The notes: generated from the sequence alone by a model not told the origin. 51,029 nt of DNA from an uncultured Coriobacteriaceae bacterium (GCA_964619775.1 CAZUFB010000004.1:2225-53253), one strand, 5' to 3'. Numbered from the stretch's first letter, positions 21,676-31,618 are shown. Numbers and translations: made by a program.

Positions 21676-22863
21676 TCACTGCCGACCCCTGTGCACGGCG
21701 ACCGACTGCACCAGGCCCACGGATATGAGCTGGGCGAGCATCGACGACGAGCCGAAGCTGATGAACGGCAGCGGGATGCCCGTGATCGGCATGAGCGACA
21801 GGCACATGCCGACGCTCTCAAAGATCTGGAACGTCCACATCGCCACGACGCCGGCGACGACGAGCTTGCCGAACAGCGCGTCGCAGCGGAACGCCACCCG
21901 CAGGCTCCCGAAGATGAGCACGAGGAACAGCGCAAGCAAGGCCGCCGCCCCCACAAAGCCGAACTCCTCGCTGAGCAGGGCGAACACGAAGTCTGTGTGC
22001 GCCTCGGGCAAAAAGCCCGACGTGGCCTGCGTGGCGTTGCCGAAGCCCTTGCCGAACAGCCCGCCCGACCCCACCGCGATCATCGCCTGCTGCAGCTGGT
22101 AGCCCGACCCCGTCGTGTCGTGCGTGGGGTCGAGGAACACGAGCAGGCGGTTCATCTGATAGTCCTTGATAAGCGAGTTGTCGTCGCCCACCGCCGCGTC
22201 GATGAGGCTGTCGGTGAGCAGCACCGCGGCCACGAGCGCGACGAGGGCCCCCAGCGTCGCAAGCACCCACTGGCGCTTGGGGCCCGCCATCACGATGACG
22301 ACGGCACCCGAAACGAGAACCACCAGGCCCGTGCCGAGGTCGGGCTGCAGCATGATGAGCGCGAACGGCACCGCGAGGATGCCGCAAAGCCGCAGGTAGT
22401 CGGACAGCCGGGTGACCCGCCCTCCGAAGCGGGCACCGAGCGCCGCCATGAGGGCGATCGTGACCGGCTTGGCGACCTCCGACGTCTGGAAGGTCAACCC
22501 GACCCCGGGGATCTGTATCCAGCCGGTAATACCGTTGGCGTTGTAGCTGAGGCCCGGGATGAGCGGCGCCACCATGAGCAGGCAGTCGACGACGAACAGC
22601 AAGGGCACCGCGCCGGCCAGCCTGCGGTAGTCGAAGCGCGCCACCGCAACCAGGGCCACCAGGCCCGCCGCGGCCCCCAGGGCCTGGCGGGAAACCGATG
22701 CGTCGTCGATGGAGAGCGACGCCGAGTACACGACGACCAGCCCGTACGCCACAAGCGCCAGCGTGCTCGCCAGCACCGGCAGGTCGAGTCCCCTGAGGAA
22801 GGAGACAACCGCCCTCCCGACGCCCGCGGCGCGCCGGGCGTCCCCGATGGCCTCTCCACCCAT
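21676..22863 (-). CDS. rodA: SEDS-family peptidoglycan polymerase RodA
   Basis: FtsW/RodA/SpoVE multi-TM protein (..PDLGT.., ..EFGF.G.., ..GIPLPFISFGSSS..). The ATG at 22863 overlaps the mrdA stop as ATGA. Confidence 0.9.
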   Translation of the reverse strand: MGGEAIGDARRAAGVGRAVVSFLRGLDLPVLASTLALVAYGLVVVYSASLSIDDASVSRQALGAAAGLVALVAVARFDYRRLAGAVPLLFVVDCLLMVAPLIPGLSYNANGITGWIQIPGVGLTFQTSEVAKPVTIALMAALGARFGGRVTRLSDYLRLCGILAVPFALIMLQPDLGTGLVVLVSGAVVIVMAGPKRQWVLATLGALVALVAAVLLTDSLIDAAVGDDNSLIKDYQMNRLLVFLDPTHDTTGSGYQLQQAMIAVGSGGLFGKGFGNATQATSGFLPEAHTDFVFALLSEEFGFVGAAALLALFLVLIFGSLRVAFRCDALFGKLVVAGVVAMWTFQIFESVGMCLSLMPITGIPLPFISFGSSSMLAQLISVGLVQSVAVHRGRQ

Positions 22864-24950
22864 CAGTCCTCCACCTCGTTGCCGGCCGCGCTCGACGCGG
22901 CGAGCTGGGCCTGCGGATCGGTCATCTCGACGCCGTAGATGGCGCCGAGAACCTGGCGGCACATGTGCGACGCCACCGCCGCGCCGCCGCCGCCGTGCTC
23001 GACGAGCGAGCACACCACGTAGGTCGGGTCCTCGTAGGGGGCGGCGGCGATGAACCACGCATGCGTGTTGTCCTCGTCGTCCCCCGCCTCGCCGGTGCCC
23101 GACTTACCCACCACCTGCACCGGAAGCCCGTCGAAGTAGATGTAGGTGGACGTCTCGTAGACCACGCCCCACATAGCCTCGTAGACAAACGACAGGAAGT
23201 TCTCGTCGATGTCGACCGTGCGCTGCACGACTTCGGCGGCGCGCGCCAGGACGGCATGGTTCTCGTTGGACAGGACATCGAGCAGCACGTGGGGCCGCAT
23301 CTCGACGCCGCCGTTCACCAACCCGCAGTAGACGAGGCACATCTGCATCGGCGTCACGAGCAGGTCGCCCTGCCCGATGGCTATGTTGGCGGTGTCGCCC
23401 GGCTGCCACATGCGGTCGGAGTCCGCCGAGGAGGTGTACCAGTTCCATTTCCACTCGGAGTCGGGCACGCGCCCCGTGTACTCGCCCGGCAGGTCGACGC
23501 CCGTGGAGCTGCCCAGGCCCCAACGCCGGTACATCTCCTGGATGCCCTCTTGGGAGTCGGAGTTGTAGAACGCGTTCGCTATCTCGTAGAACACCGAGTC
23601 GCACGACTTGGCGATGCCCTCGTGCAGGCTCAGCCAGCCGTGGCCGCTATGGTTCCAGCACCACTTGCCCCACTGCTCGCCCATGCCCGTCCACCAGCCC
23701 GGGCAGTAGTAGGAGCTGTCGTATCCTGCCAGGCCGTACTCGAGCGCGGCGCAGGTCGTGAGAGGCTTGATGGTGGACGCCGAAGGGTACAGGCCGTCGA
23801 TGGAACGGTCGAGCAGCGGGTAGTTCGCCTCGTCGGCGATGAGGGCGGCCCACTCGTCGGTGCTGATGCCCCCTATGAAGGACGAGGGGTCGTAGCTGGG
23901 ATAGCTTGCGATGCCCAAGACCTCGCCCGTCTTGCAGTTCATGCATATGCACGCCCCGCCGGTCGGCTCGTAGCCCTCCAGCACGCCCACCGCCATGCCC
24001 GTCTGGATGGCCTCCTCGGCGGCCTGTTGGATGGAGAGGTCTATGGCGAGCCGCACGTCGCTGCCCGGCTCGGCGGGCACCTCGCTCACGACGCCCGTCA
24101 CGTCGCCGCTCGCGTCGACGTGCACTGTGCGCACGCCGCGCACGCCCTGCAGGACGCTCTCGTACTGATACTCGACCCCCGACTTGCCCACCGTGTCGCC
24201 CTGCTGGTAGTCGATCGGGTTGGACTCGTCGGCGGCGTAAGCCTCGAGCTCTGAGGTCGATATCGTGCCGGTGTAGCCGAGCAGGTGGCACGCCGTCGAC
24301 CCGTACGGGTAGGAGCGCACCGTGCGCGACTCGACCTGCACGCCCGAGAACTGCGCGGGGTGCTCCACCACGTAGGCCACCGCGCTGTCGGAGACGTCGA
24401 TCATGATGGTGCGCAGCGACTGGGCTCCCTCGGAGGAGCTCTGGATGTTGTGGCGCACCACGACCTCGGGCATCCCGAGCAGGTTGGAGATGCGCCGCAC
24501 AACGCGCGTGTCGTCCGCCACCGACCGGTCGGCCACCAGCGCCATGCTCGGGCGGTTGTCGACGAGCACGGTGCCGTTGCGGTCGAGGATGCGCCCGCGC
24601 ACCGCGTCTATGTCCACCTCGCGCGTGAGGTTCTCCTCGGCCTGCTCGGAGTAGGACGAGCCCGACACGATCTGCATGCCCCACAGACGGACGAGCAGCA
24701 CGCCGAAGAAGGCGCCCGCCGCGCCGGCGAGCATCTTGAGGCGCGCGCGCATGTCGACGTCGACGGGGGCGTCGGGAGCCTCGGCCCCCTTGGGGGCGCG
24801 GATACGGCCGGCCGCGACCTCGTAGACGCCGCGCCGAGCCTCGAAGGTGAGCTCGGAGCGGCGCACGTCGCGCAGGCGCAGGTTGACGACGATGGCGACA
24901 ACCAGCACGACGATGGCGGCGATGAGGACGAACAGGATCCACGGCGACAC
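22863..24950 (-). CDS. mrdA: penicillin-binding protein 2 (elongation transpeptidase)
   Basis: N-terminal TM, dimerisation domain, transpeptidase STIKP (SxxK) and KSGTGE (KTG-like) boxes. I prefer the GTG at 24950 after GAAGGGAGGG; 24992 is an alternative start. Confidence 0.9.
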   Translation of the reverse strand: MSPWILFVLIAAIVVLVVAIVVNLRLRDVRRSELTFEARRGVYEVAAGRIRAPKGAEAPDAPVDVDMRARLKMLAGAAGAFFGVLLVRLWGMQIVSGSSYSEQAEENLTREVDIDAVRGRILDRNGTVLVDNRPSMALVADRSVADDTRVVRRISNLLGMPEVVVRHNIQSSSEGAQSLRTIMIDVSDSAVAYVVEHPAQFSGVQVESRTVRSYPYGSTACHLLGYTGTISTSELEAYAADESNPIDYQQGDTVGKSGVEYQYESVLQGVRGVRTVHVDASGDVTGVVSEVPAEPGSDVRLAIDLSIQQAAEEAIQTGMAVGVLEGYEPTGGACICMNCKTGEVLGIASYPSYDPSSFIGGISTDEWAALIADEANYPLLDRSIDGLYPSASTIKPLTTCAALEYGLAGYDSSYYCPGWWTGMGEQWGKWCWNHSGHGWLSLHEGIAKSCDSVFYEIANAFYNSDSQEGIQEMYRRWGLGSSTGVDLPGEYTGRVPDSEWKWNWYTSSADSDRMWQPGDTANIAIGQGDLLVTPMQMCLVYCGLVNGGVEMRPHVLLDVLSNENHAVLARAAEVVQRTVDIDENFLSFVYEAMWGVVYETSTYIYFDGLPVQVVGKSGTGEAGDDEDNTHAWFIAAAPYEDPTYVVCSLVEHGGGGAAVASHMCRQVLGAIYGVEMTDPQAQLAASSAAGNEVED

Positions 24951-25017
24951 GGCCCACCCTCCCTTCGGGCGCTTCGGCGGCTTGACGGACAACGGCGCGC
25001 CCCGGGCGCGCCCGAAC

Positions 25018-25563
25018 CTAGCGAAGGTGGAGGCCGCCCGGGCCCGTCGCCTGCCCCGGTCCGGAGAAGCGAGCCAGGAAGGCGAAGGCCAGGGCGGCGA
25101 CCGCCACATCGAGCACGGTGGCCGCCAGCAACCGCCCCACGGCCGCCCACCCCAGCGTCACCCCCGTGCCAAACGCAAGCAGCAGGCAGAAGTAAAGCAC
25201 GTTGTAGGCGGCAGACATCGCCGCGAACCCCGCCAACGGCCCGCGCCAGCCGTCGGCGAACCCCCCGCGCCGGCTCGTGCCCAGGGCGTAGCCCCCGACG
25301 CAGCCCAGCAGCGCGGACAGGCCGACGGGGCCACTCCCCAGCAGGTCGGACAGCAGGCCGCACACAAAACCCGCGGCACAGCCGGCACGCGGGCCTCCCC
25401 GCAGCGCCACCGTCGCGGACAGGACGAGCAAAAAGTCAGGCGACGCCCCGAACACGTCGATATGTGCCCCGAAAACGAGCTGCAGGACCACGAGGACGAC
25501 GGCGAGCATATAAACCGCCCATCTCCTCTCGGAGGGCCGCCTGTCGGGCGAAGGCTCGAACAC
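25018..25563 (-). CDS. mreD: rod shape-determining protein MreD
   Basis: 181-aa polytopic membrane protein between mreC and mrdA. Confidence 0.75.
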   Translation of the reverse strand: MFEPSPDRRPSERRWAVYMLAVVLVVLQLVFGAHIDVFGASPDFLLVLSATVALRGGPRAGCAAGFVCGLLSDLLGSGPVGLSALLGCVGGYALGTSRRGGFADGWRGPLAGFAAMSAAYNVLYFCLLLAFGTGVTLGWAAVGRLLAATVLDVAVAALAFAFLARFSGPGQATGPGGLHLR

Positions 25564-25566
25564 GGT

Positions 25567-26556
25567 CTACGCACCCCCTTCGGCCGACGTGTCCGCCTCG
25601 CCGCTGTCCTGCCCGTCCTCGGCCTGCCCGTCCTCGGCGGCCTCGTCCTCCTCATCCTGCCCGCCGTCGAGCGAGCCGGTGGTCAGCAGGGTCTCGGCCG
25701 TCGCGTCGGCGACCTCCGTGTCGTAGGAGGTGATGACGTAGACCTCCTCGAGGTTGCCGGTCGAGGCAACCGGCTCGACGACGATGGTGTAGTAGACGTC
25801 CGAGGGAGAGCTGGTGACGCTCGCGACGGTGCCCAGCAGCAGGCCCTTGGGGTAGGAGCCCCCCAGGCCCGAGGTCACGACAAGCTCGCCGACCTCGACG
25901 GAGACCGTGGTGGGGACGTAGGCGAGATGCAGCGACCCGTCCACCGAACCCTGGAGCACCGCGTTGGTGCGCGAGTTCTGCAGCAGGGCGCCCACCGCGT
26001 ACCCCGGGTCGCTGAGCAACGTGACCGTGGCACTCGAAACGGCGACCGCCGTGACCTGGCCCACCACGCCGTTGCCGTCGGTCACCGGCATGCCCACCTC
26101 GATGCCCGACGAGGAGCCTTTGTCGATGGTGACGGTGTCCGACCAGTCGTCGGAGGAGAAGCCCACGATGCGCGCGCCCACCCCTTCGGTGCCGTAGGCG
26201 CTCGCCAGGTCGAGAATCTGGCGCAGGCGCTCGTTCTCGAGCTTGTACTCCCCCAGCTCGGCCAGCTCGGCAATCAGGGCCGCGTTCTCCTCGCGCAGCT
26301 GCGACAGGGTGTCCTCGTCGGCCGTGGCGTTGCCTATCGCGGTCGCCAACAGATCCAAGGGGTGCAGTATCTGAGAGCCGACCCAGGTGAAGGGGGCGGA
26401 GACGGTCTGCACGGCGGAACGCAGCGTATGGACGGGCCCCGTGACGCCCTCGCGCGAATACAGGGTGACGAGGACGATCGAGGCGCAGACGAGCACTGCG
26501 ATCGTACGCCTGCCGGCAGGCATGCCCCCCGGGCCCGAACCCAGCAGTCTCGGCAT
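25567..26556 (-). CDS. mreC: rod shape-determining protein MreC
   Basis: N-terminal TM, a coiled-coil (LSQLREENAALIAELAEL), beta-rich domains (..G.PV....G.VG.V..), and an acidic D/E/G C-terminal tail. Confidence 0.85.
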   Translation of the reverse strand: MPRLLGSGPGGMPAGRRTIAVLVCASIVLVTLYSREGVTGPVHTLRSAVQTVSAPFTWVGSQILHPLDLLATAIGNATADEDTLSQLREENAALIAELAELGEYKLENERLRQILDLASAYGTEGVGARIVGFSSDDWSDTVTIDKGSSSGIEVGMPVTDGNGVVGQVTAVAVSSATVTLLSDPGYAVGALLQNSRTNAVLQGSVDGSLHLAYVPTTVSVEVGELVVTSGLGGSYPKGLLLGTVASVTSSPSDVYYTIVVEPVASTGNLEEVYVITSYDTEVADATAETLLTTGSLDGGQDEEDEAAEDGQAEDGQDSGEADTSAEGGA

Positions 26557-26607
26557 AGTCAGTCGCTCACCCCTTTCGCGGCGCGCGGCGCCTCACGGAC
26601 CCGTCGG

Positions 26608-27654
26608 CTAGGACCTGCTCGACTGCATGTACGAGCGGGTCAGGGCGTTGGCCTCCAAAACGCGGGTGCACCCGTTGACGACGTTCTCCAGGGCGGTGGG
26701 CGAGACGTTCACCGGGACGCCCGTCTCCTCGCGCAGGCGCTGGTCGAGCCCGCGCAGCAACCCCCCGCCGCCCGACAGGAGGATGCCGTAGTACATCAGG
26801 TCGCTCGCCAGGTCGGGGGGCGTGATGTCAAGCGCGTCCTTGACGACCTTGACCACCTCGCCGATCGGGCGGTGCAGCGCCCGGCGCACCTCCTCCGACT
26901 CGATGCGCACCGTTTTGGGCATGCCGGTCACGACGTCGCGACCGTTGACCTCGACGTCGAGCTCCTCGGGCAGCGGCGCTGCCGACCCGACCTTGATTTT
27001 GATGATCTCGGCCGTGCGCTCGCCGATGTTGAGGTTGTAGGCGTCCTTCACGTGGTCGAGGATTGCCTGGTCGAAGGCGTTGCCCGCGACGCGGACCGAC
27101 TTGGACACCACGATGCCGCCCATCGAGATGACCGCGACCTCGGCCGTGCCGCCGCCGATGTCGACGATCATCGAGCCGGTGGGCTCCTCGACAGGCAGGT
27201 CGGAGCCGATCGCGGCCGCCATCGGCTCCTCGATGAGAAACGCCTGGCGAGCGCCGGCCTGCACCGACGCCTCGAACACCGCGCGCTTCTCCACCGATGT
27301 CACGCCGCTGGGGACGCCCACCACGACGCGCGGTCGGGGCGACCAGGGGTAGCGCCGCTCCCCGCGGGCCTTGTTGATGAAGTAGCGCAGCATCGCCTCG
27401 GTCACGTCGAAGTCCGCGATGACGCCGTCTTTGAGCGGGCGCACCGCGACGATGTTCCCCGGGGTACGCCCGAGCATGCGCTTGGCCTCGGCACCCACGG
27501 CCAACACGCGCCTTTCGTCGCGGTCGATGGCGACGACCGAGGGCTCGTTGAGGACGATGCCCTGGTCGCGCGTCGCGACGAGCGTGTTGGCGGTGCCCAA
27601 GTCAATCGCAAGGTCCCCACCATAATGGCCGAAGAGGCTATCGAACAGCGACAT
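26608..27654 (-). CDS. mreB: actin-like protein MreB
   Basis: DLAIDLGTANTLV, ..VVGVPSGVT.VE.RAV.., ..IVDIGGGTAEVAVIS.. Confidence 0.95.
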   Translation of the reverse strand: MSLFDSLFGHYGGDLAIDLGTANTLVATRDQGIVLNEPSVVAIDRDERRVLAVGAEAKRMLGRTPGNIVAVRPLKDGVIADFDVTEAMLRYFINKARGERRYPWSPRPRVVVGVPSGVTSVEKRAVFEASVQAGARQAFLIEEPMAAAIGSDLPVEEPTGSMIVDIGGGTAEVAVISMGGIVVSKSVRVAGNAFDQAILDHVKDAYNLNIGERTAEIIKIKVGSAAPLPEELDVEVNGRDVVTGMPKTVRIESEEVRRALHRPIGEVVKVVKDALDITPPDLASDLMYYGILLSGGGGLLRGLDQRLREETGVPVNVSPTALENVVNGCTRVLEANALTRSYMQSSRS

Positions 27655-27808
27655 GCGATGCACCAATCAACGGATCGGCCCGCAAAACGACCGGGCCTCA
27701 TGGAACCGACGTGCCAAAGGGAGGCGGCAGCCGTCGCGGGCCGCCCGGACGGCACCTCGCGACGCCTACTCCGGACGGCCCGCCTGCAGTGCAGGAAGCC
27801 CGCGGGGC

Positions 27809-28213
27809 CTACTCCTTGAAGAATATGCCGATCTCGCGCTCGGCCGAGGCCGGGGAGTCGGAACCGTGGATGACGTTGGCGTCGACCGACAGGCCGAAGT
27901 CGCCGCGGATCGTGCCGGGTTCGGCCTTGGAGCAGTCGGTGGGACCCATGAGACGGCGCATGTTGGCGACGGCGTTCTCGCCCGAGACGACCATCTTGAC
28001 GACGGGGCCGCTCGTAATGTAGGAAACGAGGCCCTCGTAGAAAGGCTTGCCCTTGTGCTCGGCGTAGTTGGCCTCAGCCTGCTCGGGGGTGACCGTCTCG
28101 AGCACCATGCGCTCGATGGTGAGACCCGAGCGCTCGATGCGGTTGACGATCTCGCCGATGTGGCGGTTGGCCACGGCGTCGGGCTTGATCATGATGTAGG
28201 TCTTCTCGATCAT
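27809..28213 (-). CDS. ndk: nucleoside diphosphate kinase
   Basis: MIEKTYIMIKPDAV...NVIHGSDS (catalytic His); 134 aa. The upstream part of the track ORF is an artefact. Confidence 0.95.
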   Translation of the reverse strand: MIEKTYIMIKPDAVANRHIGEIVNRIERSGLTIERMVLETVTPEQAEANYAEHKGKPFYEGLVSYITSGPVVKMVVSGENAVANMRRLMGPTDCSKAEPGTIRGDFGLSVDANVIHGSDSPASAEREIGIFFKE

Positions 28214-28231
28214 CGTCGTCCTTTCCAGACC

Positions 28232-28249
28232 GTGCACGCGCGCGTGCAC
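28232..28249. promoter_or_regulatory. perfect 18-bp palindrome upstream of ndk
   Basis: GTGCACGCGCGCGTGCAC, 19-36 nt upstream of the ndk ATG. Confidence 0.3.
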
Positions 28250-28344
28250 ACTCGTTCTTACCGACGCGGGCGGCACGGGCCCGCGTCCCTTTTTTCGCAA
28301 CGCCGCCGGGACAGCCCGGACGACGCCCAAAAGCGCATGCCCGC

Positions 28345-29730
28345 CTATGACACCTCGCTCTCGGCGGTCGAATCCTCGTCGGCCGCGACCTCGTCCTCGG
28401 TCGCCGTGTCGGCGGTCGAGGCGTCGGCGCCCACCGGGTCGTCCAAGGCGTTGGTAAAGGTGTCCTCCGTCTGCGAGGAGATGACCCGCTCGATGTCGGA
28501 AACCTTCCAACCGACGCCCTCGCGCACCAGCGAGACGCGATAGGTGAGGCTGCCGCCTTCGGAAAGCGTCACTTCGACCACCGCCACGCTCTCGCTCGTC
28601 GAGGTGTCGAGGCCGACAATCTCGAACCCGTCGCCCGAGGCGACGGCCGCCATAGCCTGGACGCGCGCCTCGGCGGAGACCGAGGACGACCACCAGGATG
28701 ACGCGTCCGTCCCCTCCTCGACCGCCTCGAACACCGCGGTCACCGTGCTCTCCTGCGAGGGGATGCCGAAGCCGCGCATGTAGGCGAAGACGGTGAGGCC
28801 CACCGCGACGATGACGAGCGCCAGAACCACGATGAGCACCTTGATGCCCACATGGCCTTTGCCGCGCCCGCCCTTCTCCGCGGAGACGATGTCGCTTTCG
28901 GGAATCATGAAGAAGCCCGAGCTGTCGGGCGACGGGAGCAGCTCGCCGGAGGTGCCCGCCGGGTCGAGCGGGTCGAAGCCGGGCGCGGCGTAATCGGCGA
29001 GCTGGCCCATACCGACCTGCGGGGCCGGGGCGATCCCGTTGCCCGAGGTCGCCTGCAGGGCGCGCTCGTAGTCGGCCCGGGCGGCGGGCGACAGCTGGTA
29101 GCCGCCCGCCATCGCGGTCTCGAACGCCTGGACGGCCTCGAGCATGCGGTTGGAGGCGACGTAGGCCTGCCCGAGGTTGGCGTTGAGCAGGTTGCGCTCC
29201 ACGTCGCTCGTGGAGAAGTCGATGGCGGTGCGGTAGGCCTCGACCGCGTCGGCCGGGCGACGCAGCTGCATGAAGCAGACGCCCAGGTTGATGAGCGATT
29301 TGGCCGGGTCGGGGTTGTTGTCCTCCAAGGCCGCCTTGCGGAAGGCGACGCCGGCGTTGCGCGCGTCGCCCATCTTGGAGTACGCCTCGCCCAGGGCGAT
29401 GTATGCCTTGTAGGCACCCTGGTAGGAAGCGTCGCTCAGCGCATGGCGCAGCGAGTCGATGGCACCGCGCAGGTCGCCCAGCGCCATCTGGGCCTTGCCG
29501 AGGTTCGTGTAGACGGCCCCCTGGTTGCGGTACTCAACATCGGCCGTAGCGGCGCGGTACGCCTGCACGGCTTCCTGCACGCGGCCGAGCCGCATGAGGG
29601 CGTTGCCGCACAGGTGGCACGCCTCGCCGGTGCCCGGCCCCGTCCCGCACTGGGAGAAGAGGATGACCGCGGTGTCCCAGCTTTGGGCGTTGTAAGCCTG
29701 CTTGGCCCTGTTGAAGGTTGAAATGTCCAC
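28345..29730 (-). CDS. TPR-repeat membrane protein (cytoplasmic TPR array, one TM, extracytoplasmic domain)
   Basis: About six TPR-like repeats (..AVQAYRAA.., ..AIDSLRHAL.., ..AVEAYRTAI..). TM helix VGIKVLIVVLALVIVAVGLTVFAYM. A ~120-aa C-terminal domain with an acidic tail. GTG start after AAGGAG. Confidence 0.8.
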   Translation of the reverse strand: MDISTFNRAKQAYNAQSWDTAVILFSQCGTGPGTGEACHLCGNALMRLGRVQEAVQAYRAATADVEYRNQGAVYTNLGKAQMALGDLRGAIDSLRHALSDASYQGAYKAYIALGEAYSKMGDARNAGVAFRKAALEDNNPDPAKSLINLGVCFMQLRRPADAVEAYRTAIDFSTSDVERNLLNANLGQAYVASNRMLEAVQAFETAMAGGYQLSPAARADYERALQATSGNGIAPAPQVGMGQLADYAAPGFDPLDPAGTSGELLPSPDSSGFFMIPESDIVSAEKGGRGKGHVGIKVLIVVLALVIVAVGLTVFAYMRGFGIPSQESTVTAVFEAVEEGTDASSWWSSSVSAEARVQAMAAVASGDGFEIVGLDTSTSESVAVVEVTLSEGGSLTYRVSLVREGVGWKVSDIERVISSQTEDTFTNALDDPVGADASTADTATEDEVAADEDSTAESEVS

Positions 29731-29820
29731 CAGGTGGCTCCTTGCAAAACTCTCGACGAACTGCTCGTGTGCGCGTCCCGGCGGGACCGCGGCGCGCGGT
29801 GGGACCTTGACTTGCCCGCA

Positions 29821-30357
29821 CTAGGCGGAGGCGTGCTCGATCGTGACGCGCATAACCTCGTCGCCCACGCGCAGCTCTTTGACGACGTCGAGCCCCTCGA
29901 CGGTCTGACCGAACACGGTGTAGTTGGGGTCGAGGAAGTGCTGGGCGCCCAGGCAGAAGTAGAACTGCGAGCCGGCCGAGTCGGGGGCCATCGAGCGGGC
30001 CATCGCCAGCGCGCCGTCCTCGTGCTTGTTGTTGGGGTTGGTGCGGTACTCGGCCTTGATGCAGTAGCCGGGGCCGCCGGTGCCCGGACGGCCGCAACCG
30101 GGCTTGCCGCCTCGGCGCACCTCGTCGGGAGTCATCTCACGCGTGTTGGGGTCGCCGCCCTGAATCACGAAGTTGGGTTCGTAGCGGTGGAACTTGACGC
30201 CGTCGTAGAAGCCCTTCTCCGCAAGCTCGCAGAAGTTGGCAACGTGGATGGGGGCACCGGCCGCGTCGAGGCGGGCGCGGATGGTGCCCTTGCTCGTCTC
30301 GATGACGGCGACCTCGTCGCCCTGGGGCTGGTATTCGGGAGTATAAAGGCTCGCCAT
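29821..30357 (-). CDS. cyclophilin-type peptidyl-prolyl cis-trans isomerase
   Basis: ..HVANFCELAEKGFYDGVKFHRYEPNFVIQGGDP.. and ..GALAMAR....DSAGSQFYF.. Confidence 0.9.
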   Translation of the reverse strand: MASLYTPEYQPQGDEVAVIETSKGTIRARLDAAGAPIHVANFCELAEKGFYDGVKFHRYEPNFVIQGGDPNTREMTPDEVRRGGKPGCGRPGTGGPGYCIKAEYRTNPNNKHEDGALAMARSMAPDSAGSQFYFCLGAQHFLDPNYTVFGQTVEGLDVVKELRVGDEVMRVTIEHASA

Positions 30358-30423
30358 GTTCAGATACCTGCTCTCTCGTTGCTCGCTGCACACCCCCGCG
30401 CAGCGCGGGGGCCTCCGTATGGA

Positions 30424-30470
30424 CAGAAAAAGATTGTACGGGCAGGGGCATGCCTCCTCCCCGTCCGTAC
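30424..30470 (-). terminator. intrinsic terminator
   Basis: GTACGGGCAGGGG / CCCCGTCCGTAC stem (30436-30470), followed on the minus strand by AATCTTTTTCTG. Confidence 0.6.
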
Positions 30471-30478
30471 AGAAATAC

Positions 30479-30591
30479 TAGAAAGGTTTTCCGTGGAACA
30501 CTGACCTTCAGGCGGAGGGTAAGGCTCAAGGTCTTCTGCCCGCGTCCCCGCACGGCACGGCCGCACGGAGGCGCGGGCTGCGGAAACGCTA
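30479..30591 (+). repeat. TA-flanked inverted-repeat element, longer diverged copy
   Basis: Begins TAG....TCCGTGGAA (compare TCCACGGAA and TCCGTGAA in other copies). It contains GGAGGG and a 12-nt block ACGGAGGCGCGG identical to the 6935 copy. It ends TGCGGAAACGCTA, and that CTA is the stop of the 30589 gene. Confidence 0.55.
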
Positions 30592-31515
30592 CTCCTGGGG
30601 CGCGACGGGCTGGGCGTTGGGATAGAGGTTGTTGTACTCGGTCAGGTACACGCTCGCGCCGTTCTGGTTGTTGCGCGTCAGGTACGTGCCCACCTCGTCG
30701 GAGCTGGCCCCGTTGACCCACGCCTGCAGCGCGTCGGCCAGATCGGCCGTACGCATCACGAGGTCGTTGTTGAGGGTCTTGAGGTTGGCGAGCGTCTCGG
30801 TGTAGGCAGAGTCCTCGGCAAGCTGGATGGCGTCGAGCGTCGCGGTCTGGGCCGCCAGCTCACTTTGCAGCGCCGTGGCGGTGTCGAGCCACGACTGCAG
30901 CGTCGCACTGTCGACGTCGGTACCAAAGTAGGCCCCGAAGAAGTCAACGATCTCGACGATGCGGTCGTTGAAGCCGGAGAACTGGTCGTAGACAGCCGAA
31001 AGCTGGTCGTACGCCTCCTGCTCGGTGAGGGCGGTCGAAGCGTCTTCGTCGGAGGCCTCACTCACCTCGGCGGCGTCCTCCTCGTCGTCGGAGGTGACCG
31101 GGGTCACGAGCTCGCCGTCGGTATCAACCTGGGAGTCACCGCCGTTGCCGAGGGACGACCACGGCTGGAAGATAAGCAGGACGATGGCCGCGATCACGAC
31201 GACGAGCGCGCAGATGACGACGATGGGCCATTTGGGCGAACCGCCCATCTTGCTCGTGTCGAAGTCTCGCGTGACACCCTGCTGCGGGGGCATCGACGGG
31301 TTCATGGGCACCGCGTGGCCCGAAGGCTGCCGGTAGCCCTGGGTCGGGACGGCCTGGGGCGCCGGGCGCTGCTGGCGGGGCATCTGCTGGGTCGGGACGG
31401 CCTGCTGGGGCGCCGCCTGGCGGGCGCGCTGCTGGGCGCCTTCTACGTCGGTGCCGCAGACAGAGCAGTATTTGGAACCCGAGGGGATCTCGGAGCCGCA
31501 GACGGGACAGTTCAT
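30589..31515 (-). CDS. zinc-ribbon membrane protein (N-terminal CxxC..CxxC, P/Q linker, TM, helical ectodomain)
   Basis: MNCPVCGSEIPSGSKYCSVCGTDV; TM WPIVVICALVVVIAAIVLLIF; a ~190-aa C-terminal domain of unknown function. Confidence 0.7.
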   Translation of the reverse strand: MNCPVCGSEIPSGSKYCSVCGTDVEGAQQRARQAAPQQAVPTQQMPRQQRPAPQAVPTQGYRQPSGHAVPMNPSMPPQQGVTRDFDTSKMGGSPKWPIVVICALVVVIAAIVLLIFQPWSSLGNGGDSQVDTDGELVTPVTSDDEEDAAEVSEASDEDASTALTEQEAYDQLSAVYDQFSGFNDRIVEIVDFFGAYFGTDVDSATLQSWLDTATALQSELAAQTATLDAIQLAEDSAYTETLANLKTLNNDLVMRTADLADALQAWVNGASSDEVGTYLTRNNQNGASVYLTEYNNLYPNAQPVAPQE

Positions 31516-31618
31516 AGGTTGCCTCCTACCTTGTGGTTGCGTTTCGCGTGCGTTGGTCGGTCGGACGCTCCGGGTACCATCATACTATCCGGGAGACGCC
31601 CGAAGGGTCGGCAAAACG

